This document shows, piece after piece, positions 1 to 10,877 of a stretch of 64,000 nt of DNA. The notes beneath the pieces were generated by a model. The model searched no databases, was not told where the DNA came from, and saw only the letters and a program-made list of their open reading frames with translations. The stretch is from Armatimonadota bacterium (GTDB lineage Bacteria > Armatimonadota > UBA5829 > DTLH01): positions 1 through 64,000 of the forward strand of contig JBDKSP010000023.1 in NCBI GenBank assembly GCA_039680575.1. Reading direction: 5' to 3'. Both the position numbers and the translations under genes were made by a program. Within the stretch, counting starts at the first letter, position 1. Each line of letters begins with the position of its first letter.

Positions 1-110
1 GCAATATACCTACTACTTCTACAACCTTTTTAATAGTACCTAATTGTAATATATGTCACAAACTGTACTCGCAATTAATCCTTCGCATGCACTCTTAACG
101 GAAATTATAC

Positions 111-152
111 TTGTGCGTTTGCCCTGCGGCTTTAACCCGGGCAAACGCACAA
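111..152. repeat. Perfect 14-bp inverted repeat (REP-like hairpin or terminator)
   Basis: TTGTGCGTTTGCCC (111-124) / GGGCAAACGCACAA (139-152). Confidence 0.6.
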
Positions 153-260
153 AATCCAGCGACTACAGAAGCAAGGAAGTGTTATCCCGGCGGCAGAGGT
201 GATTTTGCGTCTTGTGCTCCTCGTATAAGTCAGTCTTTCGGATTGTTGGAAATTTCCGTG

Positions 261-1103
261 CTAAGGCTGGTTGAGTATGACCGTCTTCACTTCGATGTAA
301 GGCTGCCCTTTTTGCGTCTTCCTGACTATACCTGTGATGGCGATGCTTTTACCGTAATCATCGGTCGGGTCCAGCCCGCTTTGCCCGGTCACGTATATAC
401 ATCCGGTCTGGTCGGATATTGCCCAGTCCGACCTGTTAACGGGCGGCCCCTGCTTACAGGACGGGGAGTTCGGGTCCGGCCTCCAGCCGAGGTACGTACC
501 GCTCAACTGCACCGTCTGCCCGACTGCTGCATCGATATTATTGACTATGGAACCAACGGTCATCGTTTTTACAATTGCCCGCCCGCTGCCGACTGTTATC
601 TGCGCCATAACAGGGGTCGGCCTGGGCTGCATCGTCGTAAGCTGAGCAAATATGCTGTAGGCTCCCGGAGAAACCTGCTGCCCGTCGTTCGAAGTCTGGT
701 TCCACGTCACTTCGAAGGTCCGCTTTTCACCCGGCTTCAGCGTGATAGAAGTAAGCGCCTGAGTAAAGAACTTGCCGCGGGACCAGCGCCACACTTCTTT
801 GTTGTCTTTTTCCACCCAGATGTCATAGATCTGGCCGGACGGGAACCTGAAAACGATATCCTGCTGCGTGGTGTTCTCCACTACGAATGTTATTCTGACG
901 GCCTCACCGAGAGAATAGCTCTGTTTATCTGTCCTGACGCCGCTTACAGGCTGCACCGGTACCGTTGATTCCACAGTAGTCACGCTCGCAATCCTTGTTA
1001 CATGAAGAATGCCGGGTTTCCCGAAATCGGGAAGCATCGAATCTCGCGGAAACGCCGGCGCGGCAATTACCGCTGCTGCTATGACGGTAAAGAACAGTTT
1101 CAT
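261..1103 (-). CDS. Secreted BsuPI (intracellular proteinase inhibitor)-like Ig-fold protein with a C-terminal OB-fold-like domain
   Basis: Signal peptide MKLFFTVIAAAVIAAPAFP; motif FPSGQIYDIWV...EVWRWSRGKFFTQA...LKPGE...TWNQ; start moved to ATG 1103 on RBS spacing. Confidence 0.75.
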   Translation of the reverse strand: MKLFFTVIAAAVIAAPAFPRDSMLPDFGKPGILHVTRIASVTTVESTVPVQPVSGVRTDKQSYSLGEAVRITFVVENTTQQDIVFRFPSGQIYDIWVEKDNKEVWRWSRGKFFTQALTSITLKPGEKRTFEVTWNQTSNDGQQVSPGAYSIFAQLTTMQPRPTPVMAQITVGSGRAIVKTMTVGSIVNNIDAAVGQTVQLSGTYLGWRPDPNSPSCKQGPPVNRSDWAISDQTGCIYVTGQSGLDPTDDYGKSIAITGIVRKTQKGQPYIEVKTVILNQP

Positions 1104-1114
1104 AAAAGTCACCC

Positions 1115-1732
1115 TTAGCGTTTTACCCGGATATCGCTTACTTCTATGTAAAGCCCCTGGTTATTGCGGCGGAGAGTCCCGTTAACAGTCACGTTTTTCC
1201 CTATATCCGAAGCCGGGTCGATTTTGTCGGTCGTCAATGGGATTACGATCGTAACCGGAGAAGTGCCAAGATTCTCGTCTATCTTGATCCTGGTATGGAA
1301 AGGCTCCACGTCCCTGTCAGCCCGCGTAAACTTCGCATATACCTCATACCAGCCCGGCTCTACCTGCCTGCCATAGTTGTCGGCCTGTCTCCAGATCGCT
1401 CTGCAGATTTTGGACTCACCCGGCTCCAGTTTGATCTCCGTTTTGCCGTTGAACGACCGGCTCATGCTGTAGCGCCATATCTCCTTGCCGCTCGATGTCG
1501 TAACCCAGAAGTCGCAGGCCGGGGTGTTGACGAACTCGTACTGCAAAGCCGCGTGGTATTTGTTCACCAGCACCATCCGCAGGTCTACAGGCTCCGTAAC
1601 CTCGTATTTCTCCTGGCTCGTGTTGAACGACATCATAATCCCGTTCGACGTCAGAGATGAAAACTGGCTGTAAAGCGGTGCTGCAATCGCAGCCATAAGG
1701 CATACGATGAGCACTATATGAAATCTCTTCAT
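1115..1732 (-). CDS. Secreted BsuPI-like domain protein (paralog of the downstream gene)
   Basis: Signal peptide; DFWV...GKEIWRYS...LEPGE...IWRQ...G.QVEPG.Y motif; GGAGG RBS upstream of ATG 1732. Confidence 0.7.
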   Translation of the reverse strand: MKRFHIVLIVCLMAAIAAPLYSQFSSLTSNGIMMSFNTSQEKYEVTEPVDLRMVLVNKYHAALQYEFVNTPACDFWVTTSSGKEIWRYSMSRSFNGKTEIKLEPGESKICRAIWRQADNYGRQVEPGWYEVYAKFTRADRDVEPFHTRIKIDENLGTSPVTIVIPLTTDKIDPASDIGKNVTVNGTLRRNNQGLYIEVSDIRVKR

Positions 1733-1900
1733 TGCTCCAGACCTCCAAAAGTAGTTTTTACCACACAAGCAAACAAGACGTGTATCTGTAAGGCATATTT
1801 CCGATAGATATCGGAGCTTTTGCCAGAGTGCGGTTCAGAGATCATCCGGCAAGGTATACTAATGTAAAACACTTAACATTTGCGAACCGGAGGGATGGAA

Positions 1901-2815
1901 ATGGCACTGGTTACTGCCAAGGAATTGCTTCAGGCGGCAGAAAAAGGCGGATATGCGGTCGGCGCGTTCAACGCGGTCAATATGGAGACCGCACAGGCGA
2001 TTATCGGAGCCGCTGACGACGAACACAGCCCGCTTATACTACAGATCACCCAGACAACGATAAACTATACCGATCCGGAAGAGCTGGCTGCGCTGGTATT
2101 CGTGCTGGTCAACAGATCGAAGATGCCGATTGCGGTCCATCTTGACCATGGCCGGGCATTTGATATCATCATGCGGTTTTTGAGGCTTGGTTTCTCGTCC
2201 GTAATGATAGATGGGTCACTTCAGCCGGACGGAAAGACGCCAAGAAGCTACGAGGAGAATATCGAGGTCACGAAAAAGGTAGTCGAGGCTGCTCACGCGC
2301 TTGGTGTGACGGTCGAGGCGGAACTCGGAAGGCTGGGACAGATCGGGAAGGAGATAGAGGCTGGCGATCCACAAAAAGCGCTGACCGACCCCGCCCAAGC
2401 CAGAGAGTTCGTCGAGCTGACCGGTATCGATTCGCTTGCCGTCGCCATCGGGACGACACACGGGCTTTTTCATGGGGTTCCGACAATAGTTCACGACCGG
2501 CTTGAGCAGATAAATAGTGTTGTGGATATTCCATTGGTCATGCATGGCGGAACGGGAGTCCCCGATGATGCCGTAACGAAGGCTATCTCGCTTGGTATAC
2601 GAAAGGTCAACATCGACACCCAGATGAGAGTAGCCTGGTATGAAGCTAGCAGGAAAATAATCGCCGAAACGGAAAAGGAACACGAGACAGCGGACCAATC
2701 GGGAAAGACGAGGAAATACGACATCCGTAAATTCCTTGCTCCGGCGCGTCAGGCTGTCAAGGAAACCGTCCGGGAGCGGATGAGGGTGTTCGGGTGCGCG
2801 GGAAAAGCCGGCTGA
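1901..2815 (+). CDS. fba: Class II fructose-1,6-bisphosphate aldolase
   Basis: GYAVGAFN, HLDHG, SSVMIDGS, LAVAIGTTHG, LVMHGGTG, KVNIDT motifs. Confidence 0.93.
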   Translation: MALVTAKELLQAAEKGGYAVGAFNAVNMETAQAIIGAADDEHSPLILQITQTTINYTDPEELAALVFVLVNRSKMPIAVHLDHGRAFDIIMRFLRLGFSSVMIDGSLQPDGKTPRSYEENIEVTKKVVEAAHALGVTVEAELGRLGQIGKEIEAGDPQKALTDPAQAREFVELTGIDSLAVAIGTTHGLFHGVPTIVHDRLEQINSVVDIPLVMHGGTGVPDDAVTKAISLGIRKVNIDTQMRVAWYEASRKIIAETEKEHETADQSGKTRKYDIRKFLAPARQAVKETVRERMRVFGCAGKAG

Positions 2816-3126
2816 TCCTCACAAACCTGCAGAGTTTTGGCGGTTGATGCAACAGCATCGGGAACTGGTTATATACCCATTAACCCGAACCTCATTAGCT
2901 TAGCGGGGCGGGTTGTGTTACAATCTATGCGGACATAGCAAGAGCTCTCAAAGATGAGAGAGTGACTGTTATCACCCAGCCCAACAAAGGCGTATCTGGG
3001 GCTTATAACCATGTTGCCGCACAGTTGGAGTATTTCTCTCTGGCGCTTAAAACAGAGACTTGCCGGAAGATCGGCAAATCTTTATCCATCCCGTTCGGTC
3101 TACCGCTCGGATACAACGAACGAAAA

Positions 3127-4191
3127 ATGAAAATCACTTTTGTACTACCTGGCCCTGCACGCAAACCCATGGGTGGATACAGGGTGGCTTATGAGTATGC
3201 CGATAGATTAGCCGGCAGAGGTCATCAGGTATGTGTGGTGCATGATCTGAATGTGCCCCACCTCGACTATAAGAAGCCTCATGCGCTCAGATACATCGGC
3301 CACCGGCTTACGAACGGACATATTCCAGGGTGGTTCAGCTTCAAAAACCGTGTCGAGCTTAAACTGGTTTCTCACGCATCAGACAGGTATATGCCTGATG
3401 CGGATGCAGTGATAGCCACTTGGTGGGGCACTGCGTATTCGGTAAGCAAGTTATCTGCTGCAAAAGGCGAGAAGTTCTATCTTATACAGGAATACGTGAT
3501 GAGGGGAAATGATGAGTCCCTTGTTCATGGGTCTTACTCATTAGGGCTCGCCAATATAGTGATTGCAGGCTGGATAAAGCGCGCGGTGGAGCAGGCCGGC
3601 GGAAGTATCCGCGCGCTCATCCCGAACGGCATAGACAGCGATCTTTTCAGACTTAAAGCCCCCATAGAGTCGCGTGACCCGCATTCAGCCGCTATGATGT
3701 ACCACGAAGCCGCGTTCAAAGGATCGAAAACAGGTGTCGAAGCGCTTGAAATTGTTCGTTCTGCGATACCAGATCTCAAAGTAACGGCATTCAGTGTTTT
3801 CAGACAGCCCGATTGGATGCCTGAATGGATCGAATTCGCGCATAATCCCACTCAAGAAGCGCTTGTCGGCATCTATAACAGCCATGCTGTCTTTGTAAAC
3901 CCGAGCACAAGTGAAGGATGGGGACTTCCATCTGCGGAATCGGCAGCCTGCGGGTGCGCTCTTGTATCTACAGATGTAGGTTGGGTGTCTGATTATGCTT
4001 CGGATAAGGAGATAGCGCTCGTATCTTCTGCTGATGCTCCATCCCTGGCGGAAAACATACTGAAACTGGTTCAAAACAACGATCTGCGTGTTAGATTGGC
4101 TAATCAAGGCCACGATTTCATCGGAAACTTCAGTTGGGGTAAGGCCGTCGATGCCTTGGAAACTATTCTATCAGGTGACCGGCCAAGATGA
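3127..4191 (+). CDS. GT4 glycosyltransferase (WsaF-like)
   Basis: MKITFVLPG...GGYRVAYEYA..L..RGH; DAVIATWWGTA; EGWGLPSAE motif. Confidence 0.85.
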   Translation: MKITFVLPGPARKPMGGYRVAYEYADRLAGRGHQVCVVHDLNVPHLDYKKPHALRYIGHRLTNGHIPGWFSFKNRVELKLVSHASDRYMPDADAVIATWWGTAYSVSKLSAAKGEKFYLIQEYVMRGNDESLVHGSYSLGLANIVIAGWIKRAVEQAGGSIRALIPNGIDSDLFRLKAPIESRDPHSAAMMYHEAAFKGSKTGVEALEIVRSAIPDLKVTAFSVFRQPDWMPEWIEFAHNPTQEALVGIYNSHAVFVNPSTSEGWGLPSAESAACGCALVSTDVGWVSDYASDKEIALVSSADAPSLAENILKLVQNNDLRVRLANQGHDFIGNFSWGKAVDALETILSGDRPR

Positions 4192-5258
4192 AAAGTGGCA
4201 GCGTTTGTATCCTCCTTCTAAACTGGAACAACTGGAAGGATACCGTTGAGTGTCTGGAAAGCATTCTGCGCTCTGATTACTCTGACTACCGGATAATAGT
4301 CTGCGACAACGGTTCCGAGGACGGGTCAATCGATCAGATCAAGGCGTGGGCAGATGGAAAGATAGAGCCGCCGGTTGCTGATGAGCTGAGGAGAGATTGC
4401 TCATTCCCTCCGGTTGTAAAACCGGTCAGATTTGTGGATTACGACCGTTCAGAGGCTGAAAGCGGCGGTGATACATCTGATTCGGATGCAAAGCTGATTA
4501 TCATCCGAAATGGCGAAAACCTCGGTTTTTCCGCCGGAAATAATGTGGGAATACGTTACGCAATAAGCCGGGGCGCGGATTTTATCTGGCTGCTCAACAA
4601 CGACACAGTAGTTGCGGATAACAAAATCATCGAAAGATTTGTAGAAAACTGCGGCGAGAAATCCATTTGCAGCACGGTGACGGTCGATTATTACTCCGAC
4701 GCTATCTGGTACAGCGGCGGGAAGATCCCATGGGCTGTGGCAGGCCCGGTCCACTGCTGTAATCGAAGAGACGCCGATGCCTACGACACAGAGTTCATCT
4801 CAGGATGCAACCTGTTTGCTAAAACAAAGGTCTTTGCTGATATTGGGCTGCTGGATGAGCGCTTTTTTGTGGGGATGGAAGACTGCGTGCTTTGCTGGAA
4901 AGCCCGAAAAAACGGCTACTTGCTGCAGGTACTCAATATAGATGCTGTCAGACACAAGATCGGCAAAACGAACAGGTTTTCGCGGTTTGCGATTGTCAAC
5001 TCATATCTCTGCAAGAGTTTCTGGGTCCGGGAAACGACCTCCAACATATTCATGCGCTTCATCTGGCTCATGTGGTTTGTTTTTGCAAACCTGCTGGTAA
5101 GGCACACTCCCCGGCTCCTTGCTGAGAGAATCAGAGGTGTAGAAAGCGATTTCGGCCTAAAAGAGTTTTGGTCGCTTGCCACTAGAGCCCTGTTGAGAGG
5201 GTTTAGAGTAAAATCTGTTTCACCCTGCGAAATTCGGAGCATTTTGGACCGGAAATGA
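4188..5258 (+). CDS. GT2 glycosyltransferase (rhamnosyltransferase-like)
   Basis: LLNWN, CDNGSED, NLGFSAGNN, WLLNND, GLLDERFF..MED. Confidence 0.88.
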   Translation: MKSGSVCILLLNWNNWKDTVECLESILRSDYSDYRIIVCDNGSEDGSIDQIKAWADGKIEPPVADELRRDCSFPPVVKPVRFVDYDRSEAESGGDTSDSDAKLIIIRNGENLGFSAGNNVGIRYAISRGADFIWLLNNDTVVADNKIIERFVENCGEKSICSTVTVDYYSDAIWYSGGKIPWAVAGPVHCCNRRDADAYDTEFISGCNLFAKTKVFADIGLLDERFFVGMEDCVLCWKARKNGYLLQVLNIDAVRHKIGKTNRFSRFAIVNSYLCKSFWVRETTSNIFMRFIWLMWFVFANLLVRHTPRLLAERIRGVESDFGLKEFWSLATRALLRGFRVKSVSPCEIRSILDRK

Positions 5259-6391
5259 AAGTAATCCACTTCATCGATCATATGTTCTGTGGAGGCGGGC
5301 AGAAACACGTGCTCCTTCTTGCCCAATACCTTCGTGAGCGGGGTATCGGGTCTGCCGTCATCTGCTCCAACAGCGATGACTACGCCGAGGAGTTCGCAAA
5401 GCAGGATATCCCTGTCCGAGTCGTTCCGCTGAAGGATTTTATGGGGCTTTTCTCCGCAATTCGCGATGAAAAGGCTGATATTCTCCACTCTCACGGGTTC
5501 AGGCATGCAGGCATTCTCAGTCTGCTCGAGCCATCACTCGGATTACCTTTTGTTTACACTCTCCACGGCTACCATGGCAGGGCCTTCAAATACAGTCCGC
5601 ATACGGCTGACAGGGCAAAATTCATGCTCAGGCGCTGCGCGGACAGGTTTATACATAAACGAGCCGATGCGGTGGTCTGTGTATCGGAAGCGGACTGTGA
5701 GCTGGTCAAATCCCTTGGGTTTGGAACTCCGTCGAAATACAGGGTTATCCGAAACGGCATCGATTGCTCTCTTTTTCAGAAAGCATCCGGTAGTCCGGCG
5801 CGGGAATCACTTGGGGCTGCTTCCGATGATGTTGTGATTACATCCATATCGCGATTTGCTTTTCCCAAAGGAAACCGGTATCTTATTGAGGCTATTCCCG
5901 CGGTTATTGCCAGGCATCCGACTGCGCTTTTTCTTCTTGTCGGAGACGGTGAAGACGAAGAAGGGATGCGCGAGCTTGCCTTTAGTAAATTGAAGCTGCC
6001 GGAGAACAGAGTCAGGTTTCTTGGAAGAAGAACGGATATTTGTGAGATTCTCGCTGCTTCGGATGTGTTCGCAATGCCATCGCTTTGGGAAGGTCTGCCG
6101 ATTGCGCTCATAGAGGCTATGGCTGCAGGGGTCCCGCAGGTTGCTTCGGATGTTGACGGCATCCGTGAAGTTACAGTAAATGGAGAGACGGGCTGTCTCG
6201 TCCCTCCGATGGACGTTGAAAAGCTGGCGGAAACGCTCTCCTGGATGATAGAATCAACTGACAAACGAGCGGAATACTCGAAGAACAGCATACGCCGGGC
6301 GAGTGAGTATTTCGACGCTGCAGCTATGGCAGATACTATGGCGGTTCTCTACTCAGATATTATTGATCGAAAAACGGAGCGGAAACGGTAA
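5255..6391 (+). CDS. GT4 glycosyltransferase
   Basis: GGGQKHV, IRNGID, PSLWEGLPIALIEAMAAG. Confidence 0.9.
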   Translation: MKVIHFIDHMFCGGGQKHVLLLAQYLRERGIGSAVICSNSDDYAEEFAKQDIPVRVVPLKDFMGLFSAIRDEKADILHSHGFRHAGILSLLEPSLGLPFVYTLHGYHGRAFKYSPHTADRAKFMLRRCADRFIHKRADAVVCVSEADCELVKSLGFGTPSKYRVIRNGIDCSLFQKASGSPARESLGAASDDVVITSISRFAFPKGNRYLIEAIPAVIARHPTALFLLVGDGEDEEGMRELAFSKLKLPENRVRFLGRRTDICEILAASDVFAMPSLWEGLPIALIEAMAAGVPQVASDVDGIREVTVNGETGCLVPPMDVEKLAETLSWMIESTDKRAEYSKNSIRRASEYFDAAAMADTMAVLYSDIIDRKTERKR

Positions 6392-7719
6392 TGCTTGCGG
6401 TAGTACTGTCACTGACTGCGATATTTACGGTCCTGGTTTTTGCAAAACCCAAGCTGTGGCTGCCTGTTTACCTGGTCATGATGCCGATAGCGCCGCAGGT
6501 AGCTATCGGTAACATCCCCCTATCTCCGACGGAGCCCGTTTTGGCTGCGGCTATCCTCAGCATGTTCTGCAACAAACTTTTCAGGCGCGATTTCAAAGTC
6601 GCCTGGGCGCCGCTTTTCCTCCCAACGGGGCTTTTCGTTATAATGCTCTTCTTCTCATCCCTCAATGCTTGGGCGCTCTGGGGACCGAAGATGGGCCTTA
6701 TCTCGATGATGAAGTTTATCCGTATAGCGGAAGCATTCGCAGCGATGTATCTTGCCGCAGAGCTCTGGCGAAGCGCCGACGATAAGAATACCGGCAAACT
6801 GCTTAAGTGGATACTGATCGGTGTCATAGGCGCCGCTGTCTTGGGGTTGATATCGATCTGGAAGATCGACTGGTTCTTCACTCTATATAAGGCAGAAGAT
6901 AACTACGGATTCCAGATCTGGGTCCCCGGCCTTGTCATCTGGCGGGCAATCGGGGTCTTTCTCGACCCTAACCACTTGAGTTCCTATTTGTCTATGGGAA
7001 TCCTGTTGGCTCTGGTCCTTTCGGTGAAGTCGAAAATTCCGGTCAACAGGTTTTTGATCATCGGCACGCTTGTCATTGGGTCGATTGCACTGCTCTTAAC
7101 ATTCTCAAGAGCCGGATGGTTGAGTCTGTTCATCTCAACCATCGTCTACATATCAATATCGAAGGATCTCAAGCGGACAAGAAAGATACAAATTCTATCA
7201 TCCATTGGATCGTTTATCGTGCTCGGAATAGCCGTTATTTATCTGGCATTCCCGGATATGAGCTTAGGGCTATTGAACCGCGTGGTGGATACCTTCGATC
7301 AAGCATCAGCGGGAGACTGGAATGCCGTTACTTCCACTCGTCTCAGTGTTTGGCAGACAGGCATCAAGGAGTTTTATAAATATCCAATCTTCGGAATAGG
7401 CTATAAATGTCTTCCCGAGCTTTTCCTGATGGGAGACAACAATTATCTTACAATGCTGGCCGAATGCGGCTTGATAGGCGCTGGAATATGGGCTGTCTGG
7501 CTCCTTAGTGTATCGGTTTATCTCTATAATCTGGCCAAAAGACATTGGATAGGTGAGTATATCCTTGCCGTCTGGGTCGGGCTTGTCATCAATATGGCAA
7601 CAGCAGATATTATGACCTACTGGAGAACACTTCCTCTGTTTTTCGGGCTTCTTGGCGTAAGTTTTGCTTTCGCGCGCAAACCTGAAATCTCATCTGCTGA
7701 ACCTGCTGAAACTCTGTAA
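6391..7719 (+). CDS. O-antigen ligase / Wzy_C family polytopic membrane protein
   Basis: About 12 hydrophobic segments; RAIGVFLDPN, LLLTFSRAGW, TRLSVW...PIFGIG, DNNYLTMLAECGLIG. Confidence 0.82.
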   Translation: MLAVVLSLTAIFTVLVFAKPKLWLPVYLVMMPIAPQVAIGNIPLSPTEPVLAAAILSMFCNKLFRRDFKVAWAPLFLPTGLFVIMLFFSSLNAWALWGPKMGLISMMKFIRIAEAFAAMYLAAELWRSADDKNTGKLLKWILIGVIGAAVLGLISIWKIDWFFTLYKAEDNYGFQIWVPGLVIWRAIGVFLDPNHLSSYLSMGILLALVLSVKSKIPVNRFLIIGTLVIGSIALLLTFSRAGWLSLFISTIVYISISKDLKRTRKIQILSSIGSFIVLGIAVIYLAFPDMSLGLLNRVVDTFDQASAGDWNAVTSTRLSVWQTGIKEFYKYPIFGIGYKCLPELFLMGDNNYLTMLAECGLIGAGIWAVWLLSVSVYLYNLAKRHWIGEYILAVWVGLVINMATADIMTYWRTLPLFFGLLGVSFAFARKPEISSAEPAETL

Positions 7720-7953
7720 GTAATTTAGCCGAGAATTTAGCGACTATACATATTATGGCCGCAGTTGGGGTAAACAGTTATTAGTTTTCGGAGTTGAGCG
7801 TTATGAGGGTTTCATGTGACACCTGAAACTCATTAAAACCAACAACCGACGGACAAATAACGCTGATAATGGTTGACTGTAGCAAGAAAGCATTCTATTA
7901 TAATCCTTGACTGCCTGGTTGGTGTAGCCGGGATTCATGGAGGATGCAGCCAA

Positions 7954-9108
7954 GTGAAACTTGCGATAGTGCATGATTATCTTAATCAGATGGGTGGAGC
8001 TGAAAAGGTCGTGGAAGTTTTCCACGATATGTTTCCATCTGCACCGATTTTCACATCCGTTTACGTTCCTGCAAATGTATCTGATAAGTTTCGGAATGCT
8101 GATATTCGTACGTCCTTCATGCAAAGAATTCCCTTTGTAAAGAAATTCTCGCGCCAGTATCTGGCGATCTACCCTTACGCATTCGAAGTTTTCGACTTTT
8201 CCAGTTACGACGTTGTGCTTTCAAGCTCATCGGCATTCGCCAAGGGGATAATCACCGGTCCTGATACCTGTCACATTTGCTACTGCCACACTCCAATGCG
8301 TTTCGCCTGGCAATATCACTCGTATATCGAAAGGGAACGGCTGAACAGGCTCGTGCAGTCCATTCTGCCGTACGTGGTCCATCGGGTACGGCGATGGGAC
8401 GAAATTACCGTAAATCGCGTAGATCATTTTGTATCTAACTCTCATGAGGTGGAACGCCGCATCCGAAAATATTACAGACGGAACAGCACAGTCATCTGTC
8501 CTCCGGTAGAAACGAAGAAGTTCCGCGTAACGGGGCAGGATGAAGGTTATTTTGTGATAATATCCCGCTTGCTCCCGTATAAGAAGATAGACATTGCCAT
8601 TCAAGCGGCTAATATGCTCAAGTTCCCGCTGAAGATTATAGGAGTCGGCAGGGATGAAGAGCGTCTCAAAGGAATGGCCGGACCGACCGTGGAATTCACC
8701 GGCAGGTTGAGCGATGCCGAAGTCGTGGACTGCCTGCAGCGCTCACGGGCGCTGATCTTCCCGGGGCTTGAGGATTTCGGAATAGTCCCGGTGGAGGCAA
8801 TGGCCTGCGGAAAGCCTGTGATAGCCTACGGTCGCGGAGGCGCGCTGGACACGGTAATAGATGGTGTAACCGGCAAGTTCTTCAGGGACCAGACCCCTGA
8901 AGCTCTAACAGATGCGATCAGCTCGTTTGGAGCAGCGGACTATGATCCTTATACCATACGCCAGCATGCGGAGACTTTCGATGTCTCGGTGTTCCGCCGC
9001 AGAATGAGCGCATTTATCGAAGAGATGCTGGAGCAGCAGCGAGGGCAGTACGGCATGCTTAAACCTGCCGAGCTCGAAGAAGGGCTCGCGCCGGTAGAAT
9101 ATTTATAG
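7954..9108 (+). CDS. GT4 glycosyltransferase (WbaZ-like)
   Basis: KLAIVHDYLNQMGGAE, YCHTPMR, EDFGIVPVEAMACGKPV; GTG start after GGAGG. Confidence 0.88.
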   Translation: MKLAIVHDYLNQMGGAEKVVEVFHDMFPSAPIFTSVYVPANVSDKFRNADIRTSFMQRIPFVKKFSRQYLAIYPYAFEVFDFSSYDVVLSSSSAFAKGIITGPDTCHICYCHTPMRFAWQYHSYIERERLNRLVQSILPYVVHRVRRWDEITVNRVDHFVSNSHEVERRIRKYYRRNSTVICPPVETKKFRVTGQDEGYFVIISRLLPYKKIDIAIQAANMLKFPLKIIGVGRDEERLKGMAGPTVEFTGRLSDAEVVDCLQRSRALIFPGLEDFGIVPVEAMACGKPVIAYGRGGALDTVIDGVTGKFFRDQTPEALTDAISSFGAADYDPYTIRQHAETFDVSVFRRRMSAFIEEMLEQQRGQYGMLKPAELEEGLAPVEYL

Positions 9109-9163
9109 ATCCCGAACATACCAGCCGTAAAGGACAGTCGGGAATTGGAATGGTGGTTATCAA

Positions 9164-10231
9164 GTGAAAGCTTTAGTGCTTAGCGGAGGCCGTGCTACCC
9201 GGCTACGCCCTATCACCCACACAAGTGCAAAACAACTCGTTCCCGTTGCCAATAAACCGATATTGTTTTACGCTCTTGAGTCCATTAGAAACGCCGGAAT
9301 AACCGATATAGGCATAATCGTCGGCCACACCGCCGAAGAGATAAAGGCAGCCGTAGGAAACGGCGAGAAGTTCGGCGTTAACGTCACCTATATCCCCCAG
9401 GACGCGCCTCTCGGTCTGGCCCATGCGGTCAAGATCGCAAAGCCGTTTATCAAAGACGACCGGTTTGTTATGTTCCTCGGTGATAACCTGATCAAAGAAG
9501 GCATCACCGACATAGTCCGCAAATTCCGCGAAGATAAAGACGCTAACGCACACATTATGCTTGCGAAGGTCAAAAATCCACAGGAATTCGGCGTCGCTGA
9601 GCTTAACGGGGACAGAGTCCTCAGGCTGGTCGAGAAGCCCAAAGAGCCGAAGTCGGACCTGGCGCTCGTCGGTGTATACCTTTTCGACAATAAGATATTT
9701 GAAGCGATAAACGCGATCAAACCTTCGGCAAGAGGTGAGCTCGAGATTACGGATGCCATCCAGTACTTGATAGAAAAGGACTACATTGTCCGCCACTATC
9801 TTATAACAGGATGGTGGAAGGATACCGGAAAGCTGGAGGATATGCTCGAGGCCAACCGGTTAGTGCTGGAATCCATCGAAACAAAAATCGAGGGATCGGT
9901 AGACGAAACATCAACAATCGACGGCCGGGTCGTAGTCGAAAAAGGCGCGCGGGTGATCGGAAGCGTGGTGCGTGGTCCAGCGATCATCGGGCAGGGATGC
10001 CGTATCGAGAATTCCTATGTAGGCCCGTTCACTTCCGTCTGCAATCGGGTAACAATAACGTCGAGTGAAGTCGAGCACAGCATCATTCTCGAAGACAGCT
10101 GCATCAGAGGCATCGGCGCAAGGATCGAAGACAGCCTGATCGGAAAGAACGTGACGGTTTCCAAAGATAACGGTAAACCGAAAGCCTACAGGTTGATGCT
10201 CGGCGACAACAGCAACGTAAGCGTAATTTAA
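9164..10231 (+). CDS. rmlA: Glucose-1-phosphate thymidylyltransferase (long form)
   Basis: LSGGRATRLRPIT, KQLVPVANKP, PSARGELEITD, GWWKDTG, C-terminal beta-helix. Confidence 0.92.
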   Translation: MKALVLSGGRATRLRPITHTSAKQLVPVANKPILFYALESIRNAGITDIGIIVGHTAEEIKAAVGNGEKFGVNVTYIPQDAPLGLAHAVKIAKPFIKDDRFVMFLGDNLIKEGITDIVRKFREDKDANAHIMLAKVKNPQEFGVAELNGDRVLRLVEKPKEPKSDLALVGVYLFDNKIFEAINAIKPSARGELEITDAIQYLIEKDYIVRHYLITGWWKDTGKLEDMLEANRLVLESIETKIEGSVDETSTIDGRVVVEKGARVIGSVVRGPAIIGQGCRIENSYVGPFTSVCNRVTITSSEVEHSIILEDSCIRGIGARIEDSLIGKNVTVSKDNGKPKAYRLMLGDNSNVSVI

Positions 10232-10246
10232 CCAGGGGAGCTATAT

Positions 10247-10702
10247 ATGATTGATGGAGTCGAGATCAAGCAGCTTAAGAGGCATGCTGATGAGCGTGGG
10301 TATCTGATGGAGATGCTGAGAGCTGATGACGATATATTCGAGGTGTTCGGCCAGACTTATGTATCTATGAACTACCCGGAAGTCATCCGCGCGTGGCATT
10401 ACCACAAGGAGCAGACCGATCTGTGGGTGTGTGTAAAAGGAATGATAAAGGTCGGGCTGTACGACGCCAGGGAGGATTCTCCCACACACGGCCAGGCTCA
10501 GGCTGTCTATATGGGAGACAACAACAATATCCTGTTGAAAATCCCAGTTGGAGTCTACCATGGGTACAAGACCATTGGTGTTGAACCGTCGCTTTTGATA
10601 AACTTCCCGTCAAAGACGTATAATCGAGAGCACCCGGACGAATACCGCGCTCCGTTCGACACTCCAAAGATCCCGTTCGACTGGGATATAAAGTTTTTGT
10701 AG
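10247..10702 (+). CDS. rmlC: dTDP-4-dehydrorhamnose 3,5-epimerase family protein
   Basis: DERGYLME, IRAWHYH..Q, YDAREDSPT, IPVGVYHG. Confidence 0.88.
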   Translation: MIDGVEIKQLKRHADERGYLMEMLRADDDIFEVFGQTYVSMNYPEVIRAWHYHKEQTDLWVCVKGMIKVGLYDAREDSPTHGQAQAVYMGDNNNILLKIPVGVYHGYKTIGVEPSLLINFPSKTYNREHPDEYRAPFDTPKIPFDWDIKFL

Positions 10703-10712
10703 AGAAGGATTT

Positions 10713-10877
10713 AGAGGGAATGGTGTAGATTATTTATGCTGCGGGAATGGCAGGTCTATATAATCTATTAATTTACACAGATTTAATTCCCGCAGCAGTA
10801 ACATGTCGCAATAGCTGCGGGAACTAAACCAGGATCAATCAGAAGGATACTCGCATATCTTCTGTTCTCGCAGCATA
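10713..10877. repeat. Intergenic palindromic element (divergent family B copy)
   Basis: Starts AGAGGGAATGGTG like 42843; TGCTGCGGGAA...TTCCCGCAGCA arms occur twice. Confidence 0.5.

Noticed and set aside
111..200. c-di-GMP-I riboswitch (GGGCAAAC motif)
   Set aside because: No GAAA-loop P2 or GACGCAAAG element; the motif is one arm of a simple inverted repeat
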